Assembly (NCBI GenBank): GCA_043825735.1
Contig: JBDRRP010000055.1
Coordinates: 1 to 64,000 of the forward strand
DNA: 64,000 bases
Direction of reading: 5' to 3'
Source of the DNA: Pseudomonadota bacterium
GTDB taxonomy: Bacteria; Desulfobacterota; Desulfobacteria; Desulfobacterales; JBDRRP01
Under the pieces are notes generated by a model that saw only the letters and a list, made by a program, of their open reading frames with translations, did no database searches and had not been told where the DNA came from. Below, piece by piece: positions 23,555 to 33,434 of this stretch. Position 1 is the first letter of the stretch. The number at the start of each line of letters is the position of its first letter. The translations under genes were made by a program, and so were the position numbers.

Positions 23555-25116
23555 AGACTGCGATCACCGAATTGACGGCAGATGTACTGGTTCTCGGTGC
23601 CGGCCGATGCGCCACGCGGCTGGTATCCAACCTGAGCGGGCGTTCCTTGTCGGTCATCGTGACGACGCCGGGCGATGACGCCGAGATCGGCGCATCAGGG
23701 CCTCTGGTGACGACCCTGCCCCCGATGCGTGTGAAGCAGGTCTGCGGAGGGCCGGGCGAATTCCAGGTGCGCCTCGACGGTGGCGAAGGACAGTACAGCG
23801 CCGCTGTCAAACAGATCGCCGTGGCGACCGGTCACATGAGAACGCCCTGCTTTGGCAGCTACCACCTCACCCCCGGCGCCGCCGTGCGGTCTCTCACAGA
23901 GGCACTGGCACCGGATGGCGCGCGCGTCGAAGGGGCCGTGGCCTTTCTGGTGGGACTGACCATAGACAGCAATCCGGTCATCACGCGTGAGGTCATGTCG
24001 GCGGCAATGGCGCTGCATACGGACAAGCGGGGCACCGCCTATATCCTTACGAAAAACCTGAAGGTGGCCGACGACGGCCTTGAAGCGCTCTACCGCGAGA
24101 CCAAGACCGCCGGTGTCACCTACATCAAATTCACCCGCACCGAACCGGAAATCACGCAGGACGACGCCGGCAGGGTGACCATCGTGTTTGAAGACGAGAC
24201 CACGCGGGAGTCTTTTCGCCTGACGCCGGATCTGGTGATCGTCGACGAAAAGATCGGCCCGTCCCCGGCGCTGCCGGAGCTGGCGGACCGGTTCAAGCTG
24301 CACAAGGACAGCGCCGGATTCATTCAAAAGGAGAATGTCCACCGTAGCGGTGTGCTCACCAATCGCCGTGGCGTTCTTGCCGTCGGCCCGGCGCGGGGTG
24401 TTTTGCCCCCCATCGCCCAGTTGGCCGATGCCGACGATGCGGCGCTGACCATTGACCGGTTCATCGGCGGATGTGACGATCCGCGACTGCCGGCCGCCGA
24501 GATCAACCCCGGCCAGTGCATCAAATGCCTGACCTGCTATCGCCTCTGCCCTTACGGGGCGATCCACCTGAACACCAAGCCGGCCATTTTACCGGCGGCC
24601 TGCGAAAGCTGCGGTCTTTGCGTGGCCGAGTGCCCAAAAGAAGCCATCAGCCTGGCACCGCTGGCGCTGGGGCAGATTAAAAATTTGATGGCCGCAGCGC
24701 TCAGCGATGCCGCCGCCCCCCGGATCATTGCATTTTGCTGCAGCCGCTCGGCGGTACCGGCGCACCGGATGGCGGGCGCCATGGGTGGCGCCCTGCCTGC
24801 CGGGTTGACCGTCGTGGCGGTACCCTGCGCCGGCGGCATTTCCCTGCAGCACATTCTTGCGGCCTTTGAAAAACAGGTTCACGGCGTGCTAGTCATGACC
24901 TGTCACATGGACAACTGCCACTCTGAAAACGGCAACCGCTTCGCGCGCACCCGCGTCACCCAATTGCAGGGACTGCTGGCGAGCATCGGCATCGGCGCCG
25001 AGCGCCTCGCGTTTCACACCCTGGCCAGCAACATGGGCAACGAGTTTTCCCGCATCACCAACGGTTTTGAAGCCCGACTCAAGGACCTGGGCCCCATTGT
25101 TCGGAAACAGGCCTGA
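23551..25116 (+). CDS. Degenerate HdrA-like domain + 2[4Fe-4S] + MvhD domain (QmoB-like architecture)
   Basis: CIKCLTCYRLCP and CESCGLCVAECP; C-terminal IIAFCC...VPCAG...GVLVMTCHMDNCH...GN MvhD pattern; ATGA overlap. Confidence 0.85.
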   Translation: MKTAITELTADVLVLGAGRCATRLVSNLSGRSLSVIVTTPGDDAEIGASGPLVTTLPPMRVKQVCGGPGEFQVRLDGGEGQYSAAVKQIAVATGHMRTPCFGSYHLTPGAAVRSLTEALAPDGARVEGAVAFLVGLTIDSNPVITREVMSAAMALHTDKRGTAYILTKNLKVADDGLEALYRETKTAGVTYIKFTRTEPEITQDDAGRVTIVFEDETTRESFRLTPDLVIVDEKIGPSPALPELADRFKLHKDSAGFIQKENVHRSGVLTNRRGVLAVGPARGVLPPIAQLADADDAALTIDRFIGGCDDPRLPAAEINPGQCIKCLTCYRLCPYGAIHLNTKPAILPAACESCGLCVAECPKEAISLAPLALGQIKNLMAAALSDAAAPRIIAFCCSRSAVPAHRMAGAMGGALPAGLTVVAVPCAGGISLQHILAAFEKQVHGVLVMTCHMDNCHSENGNRFARTRVTQLQGLLASIGIGAERLAFHTLASNMGNEFSRITNGFEARLKDLGPIVRKQA

Positions 25117-25163
25117 CATGATGCCATTTTCACCGTCCAACCACGATAGCAAGGTGACCTGAT

Positions 25164-26387
25164 ATGAGCGACACCCCGCAGCCCATCGACATGGACCGTC
25201 AACCCCGCGAGCGTTTCAGGGACTGGCCCTGCGCTCAGGACTACTGCATCACTTGCGGCATCTGTGCCAGTTCGTGCCCGGTTTCCGGCGTGGATGGGTT
25301 CGACCCACGCAAGATGGTGCGCATGGTCGGCCTCGGCCTTGAAAAAGAAGTCGTCGCGTCCCGATGGCCGTGGATCTGCACCATGTGCGGCAAATGCGAA
25401 AACGTCTGCCCCATGGATATCGACATCCCGGGCCTGGTGCGCCGGATCCGGGGCCTGCGCGATCGGGACGCTGTTCCGGGCATCCTGCACAAGGGAATTG
25501 TCGCGGCCCTGAAGACCGGCAACAACCTGTCACTGCCCACCGAAGACTACGTCTTCATCGTAGAGGACGTGGGCGCCGAAATCGCCGAAGAACCCGGGTT
25601 TGAGGGATTCACCATTCCCATGGACAAACACGGCGCCAACATCCTCACCACCGTTCACAACAAACTGGTCAATACCCACACCGAAGACCTGAAGCACTGG
25701 TGGAAGATCTTTTACGCAGCCAAGGAGGATTGGACCCTGGTCTCGGAAAACTGGGAAGGCACCAACTGGGGTTTTTTCACCGGCGACGACGACGCCATGC
25801 GGACAATGGTGGGCCGCATCGTCGCGCACATGGATCGTCTGGAGGCCAACACCTTGCTCTGGCCGGAATGAGGGCACGCCTATCTTGCGACCCGGTCGGG
25901 TCTCGAAAAATGGTTTCCCGAAGCCCTGAAGAAATTCAACGTGCTCACCGTGTTCGAACTGCTGATGCGCTACATCAAAGAAGGGCGCATCACCCTGGAC
26001 AAAACGCGCTTTCCCGGGTTGGCCACCTACCATGACCCCTGCAACTACGGCCGCAAGGCCCAAAAACTGTTCGGCCACGGCTTTTTCGAGGAGCCCCGCT
26101 GGATTTTGGACCAGTGCCTTGAAAACTGGGTCGATCTTTACCCCGCGCGGATGGACCAGTTCTGCTGCGGCGGCGGGGGCGGCACCCTGACCACCGGCTA
26201 CACCGAAGAGCGCATCTTCTACGGCCGAAAGAAAATGGAACAGATCAAGGCCACCGGGGCCGAGATGGTGATTGTGCCCTGCCACAGTTGCCACGGCCAG
26301 CTCAACGCCATCAAGACCGAATACGAGATGGCCGGCCTCACGGTGAAATATCTCTGGGAACTGGTCGCCGACTGCCTGGTGCTGTGA
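25164..26387 (+). CDS. HdrD/GlpC-like (Fe-S + CCG domain) oxidoreductase, probable selenoprotein (UGA at 25869-25871)
   Basis: ORF-track pieces 25164-25871 and 25941-26387 are in one frame; readthrough gives WPE-U-GHAY; CxxCxxCxxxCP x2, YHDPCN, FCCGGGGG, PCHSC; 407 aa. Confidence 0.88.
25885..25906 (+). promoter_or_regulatory. Candidate bacterial SECIS hairpin
   Basis: GACCC-GGTC-GGGTC stem-loop, extendable through a mismatch; loop starts 22 nt after the UGA. Confidence 0.7.
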
Positions 26388-26426
26388 CGGCATCCCGTTT
26401 CCGCGACACCCCATGCCGCTGTTCAT

Positions 26427-26496
26427 TTCGCTATCGCTATCGGGTTCGAACCACCGCAACTGCCGATACCGATAGCGATTTCGATCCCGATTTCGA
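26427..26496. repeat. Inverted pair of hexamer arrays (same family as 20294-20357)
   Basis: TTCGCT ATCGCT ATCGGG TTCGAA ... GCCGAT ACCGAT AGCGAT TTCGAT CCCGAT TTCGA. Confidence 0.8.
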
Positions 26497-26585
26497 AAGA
26501 CGCATGGCTGCCAACATCCGGCTTGACCTATCCGCAAGATACCGTAAAATGGCATGGCCAAGCGGCACCGTCTCAATCCACCGTC

Positions 26586-26712
26586 TTGATGCTAATGCAA
26601 AAATTCTGATATCACCGCAGGGGGTTTAGAGCGTGCAAAGATAATTTATTTACATTCTCTTAGTTTCTCTGCGATCTCTGTGGTTCAAAATCGCTTTTTA
26701 CGGTTTTATCAG
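26586..26712. mobile_element. Degenerate copy of the TTGATG..CGTAAAAAG MITE-like element
   Basis: Aligns by eye with 46037-46173, including shared TCTCTGTGGTTCAAAATC and CTTTT(T)ACG. Confidence 0.7.
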
Positions 26713-26740
26713 GCTTTCACCCAAAATAGTGAGGTCCCCC

Positions 26741-27883
26741 ATGGGCACGGACAACATCGTCTTTCTGGAAAATCTCGAGTGGTTCGACGACACGGGCGCA
26801 TCCCTGGTCTACCGCCTGCCTCAAAAAGGCTCGGGAGAGATCAAATGGGGCGCGCAGCTCACGGTCCGGGAAAGCCAGGCCGCCGTGTTCTTCTACAAGG
26901 GCAAGGCCATCGAGGCCTTCGGCGCCGGGCGCCACACCCTGAAGACCGGCAACATCCCGATCCTCACCAAAGTGCTCAGCGTGCCCTGGGCCATGACCAG
27001 CCCGCTGAGGGCCGAGGTCTACTTCGTCAATCTCAAGGTTTTCACCAACCTCAAGTGGGGCACCCGGGACCCGGTGGCATTCAAGGACAGCGAGCTGGGG
27101 CTCATCCGCCTTCGGGCCTTCGGAGTGTTCAACATCCAGGTGATGCAGCCGGTACTCTTTATCAACCGGATGGTGGGCACCCAGGGCGCTTTTACCACCG
27201 AAGATGTTGAGGAGTACCTCAACCGCGTCATCGTTTCCCGCTTCAACGACTACATGGGGGAAAAGCTCGACTCCATCGTGAACCTGCCCGAACACTACGA
27301 CGCACTCGCCGAAGGGCTGCAGGAGCGGCTCAAAAAGGACTTCAGCCATTTCGGCCTTCACCTGACCCACCTTTACATGAACGCCATCACCCCGCCGCCC
27401 GAGGTGCAGCAGGCCATCGACGACCGCAGCCGGATGGGCGTGTTTCAGGACATGAACAAGCTCATGCAGATGAAGGCGGCCATGGCCATGGAAAAGGCCG
27501 CAACGGACAGCGGCGGCGCGGCATCGGGCATGGGCACGTCCATGGGGCTCATGATGCCCGCCATGTTCGCCCAGTACTTTGCCGGCGGGGCAAACGCACC
27601 GGCCCAGGGGCAGGCGCAGCCCGCCGCCCCGCCTGCCGCATCCTGCCAGGAATGCGGCAGCGCTATACCGGCCGATGCCAAGTTCTGCCCCTACTGCGGC
27701 CACCAGCAACTGGTCTTCACCCAGTGCGCCGGCTGCGGAAAGAACCTGACGCCCAACGCCAAGTTCTGCTCCCGGTGCGGCAAACCGACCGAGGAGGCCG
27801 CGGTACCATGGGTGTGCAGCCAGTGCAGCACGGAAAACCTGCCCGATGCCAGCTTCTGCAACCAGTGCGGAGAAAAACATTAA
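26741..27883 (+). CDS. SPFH/Band-7 domain protein with C-terminal zinc ribbons (YdjI-like)
   Basis: GAQLTVRESQAAVFF, AEVYFVN, LKWGTRDP, RAFG; three CxxC...AxFCxxCG ribbons. Confidence 0.88.
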   Translation: MGTDNIVFLENLEWFDDTGASLVYRLPQKGSGEIKWGAQLTVRESQAAVFFYKGKAIEAFGAGRHTLKTGNIPILTKVLSVPWAMTSPLRAEVYFVNLKVFTNLKWGTRDPVAFKDSELGLIRLRAFGVFNIQVMQPVLFINRMVGTQGAFTTEDVEEYLNRVIVSRFNDYMGEKLDSIVNLPEHYDALAEGLQERLKKDFSHFGLHLTHLYMNAITPPPEVQQAIDDRSRMGVFQDMNKLMQMKAAMAMEKAATDSGGAASGMGTSMGLMMPAMFAQYFAGGANAPAQGQAQPAAPPAASCQECGSAIPADAKFCPYCGHQQLVFTQCAGCGKNLTPNAKFCSRCGKPTEEAAVPWVCSQCSTENLPDASFCNQCGEKH

Positions 27884-27886
27884 CAG

Positions 27887-27946
27887 CAGAGGTCAGAGGT
27901 CAGAGGTCAGAGGTCAGAGGTCAGAGGTCAGAGGTCAGAGGTCAGA
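27887..27946 (+). repeat. Perfect heptamer microsatellite (CAGAGGT)x8 + CAGA
   Basis: Counted directly; starts 3 nt after the SPFH stop codon. Confidence 0.97.
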
Positions 27947-28055
27947 AAAACCAAAAACAAAAATCAATGGCAACTGCAAAGAGAATTAACCGCAGATGAC
28001 GCGGATAACGCAGATGAAAAGAGAGGGAGGGCGACCTTGCGGCCGGGAACTGCGA

Positions 28056-28236
28056 GAGGACAGATGACAGACGACAGACGCCAGAGGGCAGAAACAAAAA
28101 CATCAAAGAATTGCTACATGATTATCTGGCTTGTTATTGCGGTTCCGGGGTTGGTTTCGGTTTTTCTATCTTCTATCGTCTGTCATCTGTCATCTGCCGT
28201 CTGTCATCTGAGGTTTTACTGTCCTCTGTCGTCTGA
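28056..28236. repeat. Inverted pair of degenerate heptamer arrays (GACAGAT / ATCTGTC)
   Basis: GAGGACAGATGACAGACGACAGACGCCAGAGGGCAGA then TCGTCTGTCATCTGTCATCTGCCGTCTGTCATCTGA and CTGTCCTCTGTCGTCTGA. Confidence 0.85.
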
Positions 28237-28245
28237 TTATTATCC

Positions 28246-29493
28246 ATGACCGACATCCTCATAAAGCACCAGTGTCCCCAGTGCGGGGCGCCCGTCACCC
28301 TGGCCGAAACCGACCGGCTGGTGAGCTGCGGGTTTTGCCGTGTGCGTTCCTATCTGCTGCCCCAGCTGTTCTTTCGCTATATGCTCCCTCACACGGCGCC
28401 AGAAGACAAGCGCCTCGTCTACGTGCCCTACTGGCGCTACAAGGGGATGCTCTTTTTCGCCACGGACCGGGGCATGCAGGAGCGTTTTATCGACGCCAGC
28501 CGACTGGCCGTGGATCTTTCCTGCGTGCCGGCATCCCTGGGGGTCCGCAGCCAGGCCATGACGCTTCATTTCGTCACACCCGAAACCCCAGGCCGCTTCA
28601 TTACTCCGGAAAAACCCTTCACGGCGGTGTCGGGACTATTTGACAGCATCGCCGTTCCCACCGGCGGCGGCACGATATTTCACCAGACCGATATCGGCGA
28701 GGCGGTGAGCCTGATTTACGCGCCGTTCTATGGAGAGAAAGGGCTCCATGATGCCGTGCTCAACCGGCGGCTGGGGGGCGAAGACAAAGCCGAGCAGCTC
28801 GCCCGTCTGCCCGGTGGGGCGCCCACCTGGAAAATCCGGTTTCTGCCCACGCTGTGCCCCGGCTGCGGCTGGGACATGGAGGGGCAGCGCGATTCACTGG
28901 CGCTGATCTGCCGGAACTGTGACAGTGTTTGGCGCGCGGGCAGCACCGGTTTGAAGAGAACGCGATACGCCTCGGTACCCGATGACGCGCCCGATGTGCT
29001 CTACCTGCCCTTCTGGCGCTTCAAGGCGGCGGTCAGCGGCATACCGCTTGAAAGCTACGCCGATCTCGTGCGCATCGCCAACCTGCCCCGGGTGGTGCAG
29101 CCCGACTGGGAGCGCCAACCGTTCCGGTTCTGGTCCCTGGCGTTCAAGGTTCGCCCCAAAACCTTTTTGCAGCTCTCCCTTCAGATGAATTTGGGCCAGC
29201 CATCGGTGCCGACCGGCGACGACCCGGCCCTGCAGGCCCCGAAGCTGCCAAAGGGCAACATCCACCCGGTCAACCTGCCGGTCAGCGAAGCGGTGGAAAG
29301 CCTCAAGATCAGCCTGGCCAGTTTCATCAGGCCCGCAAAGGCCATGCTGCCGCGACTGCCGGACATCACGATCACCGCCGAACGCGCCCTGCTTATCTAT
29401 CTCCCCTTCCGCGAGGGCCCTCACGAGTACACCAACGACGCGGTCGGGGTCACCATCACCAAACAACACATTGCCCTGGCGGGCAACCTGTAG
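28246..29493 (+). CDS. Zinc-ribbon protein with internal duplication (probable SPFH partner, YdjG-like)
   Basis: CPQCG...CGFC + YVPYW, repeated as CPGCG...CRNC + YLPFW. Confidence 0.75.
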   Translation: MTDILIKHQCPQCGAPVTLAETDRLVSCGFCRVRSYLLPQLFFRYMLPHTAPEDKRLVYVPYWRYKGMLFFATDRGMQERFIDASRLAVDLSCVPASLGVRSQAMTLHFVTPETPGRFITPEKPFTAVSGLFDSIAVPTGGGTIFHQTDIGEAVSLIYAPFYGEKGLHDAVLNRRLGGEDKAEQLARLPGGAPTWKIRFLPTLCPGCGWDMEGQRDSLALICRNCDSVWRAGSTGLKRTRYASVPDDAPDVLYLPFWRFKAAVSGIPLESYADLVRIANLPRVVQPDWERQPFRFWSLAFKVRPKTFLQLSLQMNLGQPSVPTGDDPALQAPKLPKGNIHPVNLPVSEAVESLKISLASFIRPAKAMLPRLPDITITAERALLIYLPFREGPHEYTNDAVGVTITKQHIALAGNL

Positions 29494-29554
29494 AAGGTTT
29501 GGCTGCGGTACTGTGGATTCATTCATCAAGAATTGACCAAAACGGAGGAACACG

Positions 29555-30469
29555 ATGACGAGCGAAATCTATCCCGGCATAACCCTCAACCCTGTCGCTG
29601 CCCAAACCCCCCAGGGACTGGTGGAATACGAACTGACCGAAGGCGACAGTCCGGTGATCCTGATTTCTCATGGCGGCATCGGCGGTGTGGACCAGGCCCG
29701 GGTCATGGCCAACTGGGTGGACACGACACGGTTCCGCATTCTGTCCGTGAGCCGTCCCGGTTATCTCGGCACGCCTCTGGAGAGCGGTAGAAGTCTCGAA
29801 GCGCAAGCCGACCTGTTTGCGGCCCTGCTGGACCATCTCGGAATCGATCGCGTGGCCGTGGTCTCATGCTCGGCGGGCGGGCCGCCGGCCTATATGTTTG
29901 CCATCCGTCACCCTGAGCGGATCTGGGCGCTTATCGCCATCGACGCCGTCAGCGGCTATTATGACCTTCCTGAAACCACGGGACCCGTCTCCCAGATGAT
30001 CTTCACCACCAATCTGGGCCAGAAACTGTTGAAGATGATCGGTGAAAAACGACCCGACATTTTCCTCAAGCAGATCTTCCAGGCCGAGGCCTACCTGACC
30101 CCAAAACAGCTCAAGGCGCACATGGACTACGCACTGGGCAGCGTATCGGGCAAGGCCTTCGTCGCTGCCTTCATGAACACCATGAACCCCTACAATACAC
30201 GCAAACCCGGCACGGATAACGACATGGCCATTTATCGGGAGATGGGGCATATGGCCGTGGAGAAAATCACCTGCCCCAGCCTCATCATCCACGGCACTCA
30301 CGATGCGGACGTAAAATTCTACGACGGCGTCTACGCCTACGAGAACATCTCCGACAGCGAGCGGTTCTGGATCGAGGAGGGCTCCCACATCGGGTTCTGG
30401 ATCAATAAAAACGGTCCCGCTGCCCAGCGCGCTGCGGCGGATTTCCTGGAAAGAAAACGGCCTCAATAG
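29555..30469 (+). CDS. Alpha/beta hydrolase
   Basis: SHGG, SRPGY, SCSAGG nucleophile elbow, IHGTHD, GSH; GGAGG RBS. Confidence 0.9.
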   Translation: MTSEIYPGITLNPVAAQTPQGLVEYELTEGDSPVILISHGGIGGVDQARVMANWVDTTRFRILSVSRPGYLGTPLESGRSLEAQADLFAALLDHLGIDRVAVVSCSAGGPPAYMFAIRHPERIWALIAIDAVSGYYDLPETTGPVSQMIFTTNLGQKLLKMIGEKRPDIFLKQIFQAEAYLTPKQLKAHMDYALGSVSGKAFVAAFMNTMNPYNTRKPGTDNDMAIYREMGHMAVEKITCPSLIIHGTHDADVKFYDGVYAYENISDSERFWIEEGSHIGFWINKNGPAAQRAAADFLERKRPQ

Positions 30470-30566
30470 CCCCAAGGCGCCACGGCGGGCGCGCCCCATG
30501 CCGAGGCTTTCATCCGGGCCGCGGCGCGAAAAACCCGGTTTGCCCTGGGCAAGCCTGTTTTTGCCG

Positions 30567-30800
30567 TTACCAGCTTACCACCGACCCGGTGCCCAGGGGC
30601 CGGACCCTGTCCTCGAAGGCTGTTTTGAGAAATTCCAGGGCTGCGGCGCCGGTGCAGTGGCAAGGGTAGATCCGCTGTACATTGAAGGCGCGCAGGGTGT
30701 CGGCGGCCTGCTCCAGGGCCCATTCGGGCGCACCCAGCAGATGCAGCCCGCCGATGACAAAGTCAAAACGCCTGATGCCCATCATTCGGCCGGCATGGGC
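30567..30800 (-). pseudogene. C-terminal remnant of an MBL-fold hydrolase
   Basis: VIGGLHL...IYPCHCTG...LGTGSVVSW is a typical C-terminus; no HxHxDH region upstream; 5' boundary approximate. Confidence 0.65.
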
Positions 30801-30846
30801 CTTGCCAGAATGGACGGACTGACGCCGATGTCCACGGCATCGGTGC

Positions 30847-31068
30847 CTAGGCGGGGATATTGCGAAAAACCTGCACATAGGCCATCGCCCCCCAGCGTAG
30901 CGGGCCATGGCCGCCATGACCGCAAACCCCCACTGCGATACCGGTGATCAGGGCAACGACCCAGGCCAGCAGCGACAAATGGATCGTGGTGCCGATTCCA
31001 TCGAGCAGCATCTGGCCGTAGGGCGCTTTCATCAAAATGGTCCAGTCGAAATGGTACCTGAGCATCAA
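30847..31068 (-). pseudogene. N-terminal remnant of a polar amino acid ABC permease
   Basis: YHFDW...LLDGIGTTIHLSLLAW...YVQVFRNIP then stop; parallels the N-termini of the permeases at 9499 and 11238. Confidence 0.75.
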
Positions 31069-31225
31069 CCTCGGGCGGCACGGTGGGTGGTGCTAAGTCC
31101 TTCGGCCGACATTTGCACGTCATGACATGGGGATGCGGGTTGACGCTGACGGCGCCGGGTTGTTATAGCGGCGCAGTCACCCTGAAGCGTCCGTCAAGCG
31201 GGCGCCCACTGCAAAGGAGCGTTGA

Positions 31226-32299
<1,074 letters not shown>

Positions 32300-32327
32300 G
32301 CGTGTCAATGGATAGAGGAGAAGATTC

Positions 32328-33353
32328 ATGGAATTCACAGCCGTAACCAAAGAAACCGTCATGGTCAACCCGTTAAAGGACATGGCCGAGCGCCGGGTTC
32401 CCAGCGAGATCCGAAGCGACCCGCTCACCGGCAGAACCGCCCGCATCTGCCACTTCATGAAGCTGGAGTGGGCAAAGCCCGACTTTGAGAAACTGTTGGC
32501 CGGCACTGAAACGCACTGCCCCTTCTGCCCGGAACGGATCTTGAAGATCACGCCGCACTTTGACCCGGCGCTCATTCCCGAGGGGCGCCTCACTTCAGAC
32601 GATATGGTGCTCTTTCCCAACCTGGCGCCCTACGATGCCCTGGGCGCCGTTGCCACCATGGGAAGTCGCCATTACATCCCCATGACCGAAATCTCCGCAG
32701 GACGGATCACCCGGGCGCTCTCGCTCGCCATGACGTTTTTCGGCCGGGTCGCAGCCGCCGGCCACCCGGAAGGGGTCTACCATATCGTGAACTGGAACTT
32801 CATGCCGCCGGCCGGCAGCTCGCTCATCCACCCGCATCTTCAGGTGTTTTCATCGTCTTCGGCCCCCAATCTCATGAGGCAGGAGCTTTCGGCGGCGGCC
32901 GATTACATGACAAAGACCGGACACAATTTCTGGGATGACCTGGTCGGTGCGGAAAAAGCCGCCGGCCGTCGATACCTGGGCCGGATCGGCCGGACGTCGT
33001 GGCTGAGCGCCTACGCACCCATGGGGGTTGCGGGCGACGTTTTGGCCATCGTGGACGGTGTCGAAACCACCCTTGGGCTCACCCCGGCGGACCTGGCGGA
33101 CATCTCCGAAGGGCTCACCCGGGCCATGGCCGCCTACGACAAAATGGGCATCTACAGCTTCAACATGAACTTTTTCACCGGCGCCGCCGGCGACGATCAT
33201 GCCCGGTTTCATCTGCTCTTTTCGCCGCGCACTTTTTTTAACCAGGCCCTGGGTACGCCGGACATCGGCGCTCTAAGGAACCTGTTCAACGAAACCCTGT
33301 GCATGGCCTACCCTGAAGAGATCACGGAGATGCTCAAACCGGCTTTTATCTAA
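32328..33353 (+). CDS. GalT-like (HIT superfamily) nucleotidyltransferase
   Basis: EIRSDPLTG, CPFCP, FPNL, AGSSLIHPHLQ. Confidence 0.8.
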   Translation: MEFTAVTKETVMVNPLKDMAERRVPSEIRSDPLTGRTARICHFMKLEWAKPDFEKLLAGTETHCPFCPERILKITPHFDPALIPEGRLTSDDMVLFPNLAPYDALGAVATMGSRHYIPMTEISAGRITRALSLAMTFFGRVAAAGHPEGVYHIVNWNFMPPAGSSLIHPHLQVFSSSSAPNLMRQELSAAADYMTKTGHNFWDDLVGAEKAAGRRYLGRIGRTSWLSAYAPMGVAGDVLAIVDGVETTLGLTPADLADISEGLTRAMAAYDKMGIYSFNMNFFTGAAGDDHARFHLLFSPRTFFNQALGTPDIGALRNLFNETLCMAYPEEITEMLKPAFI

Positions 33354-33434
33354 TGGCAATTGACAAATCTTCCTAAATTCATTAGGAAAAAACCTTATCG
33401 GGCACAAATCGACCCATCAGCGAGGGAGGGAGAC

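Noticed and set aside
27887..28236. Diversity-generating retroelement or retron associated with the repeats
   Set aside because: No reverse transcriptase and no template/variable repeat pair differing at adenines seen
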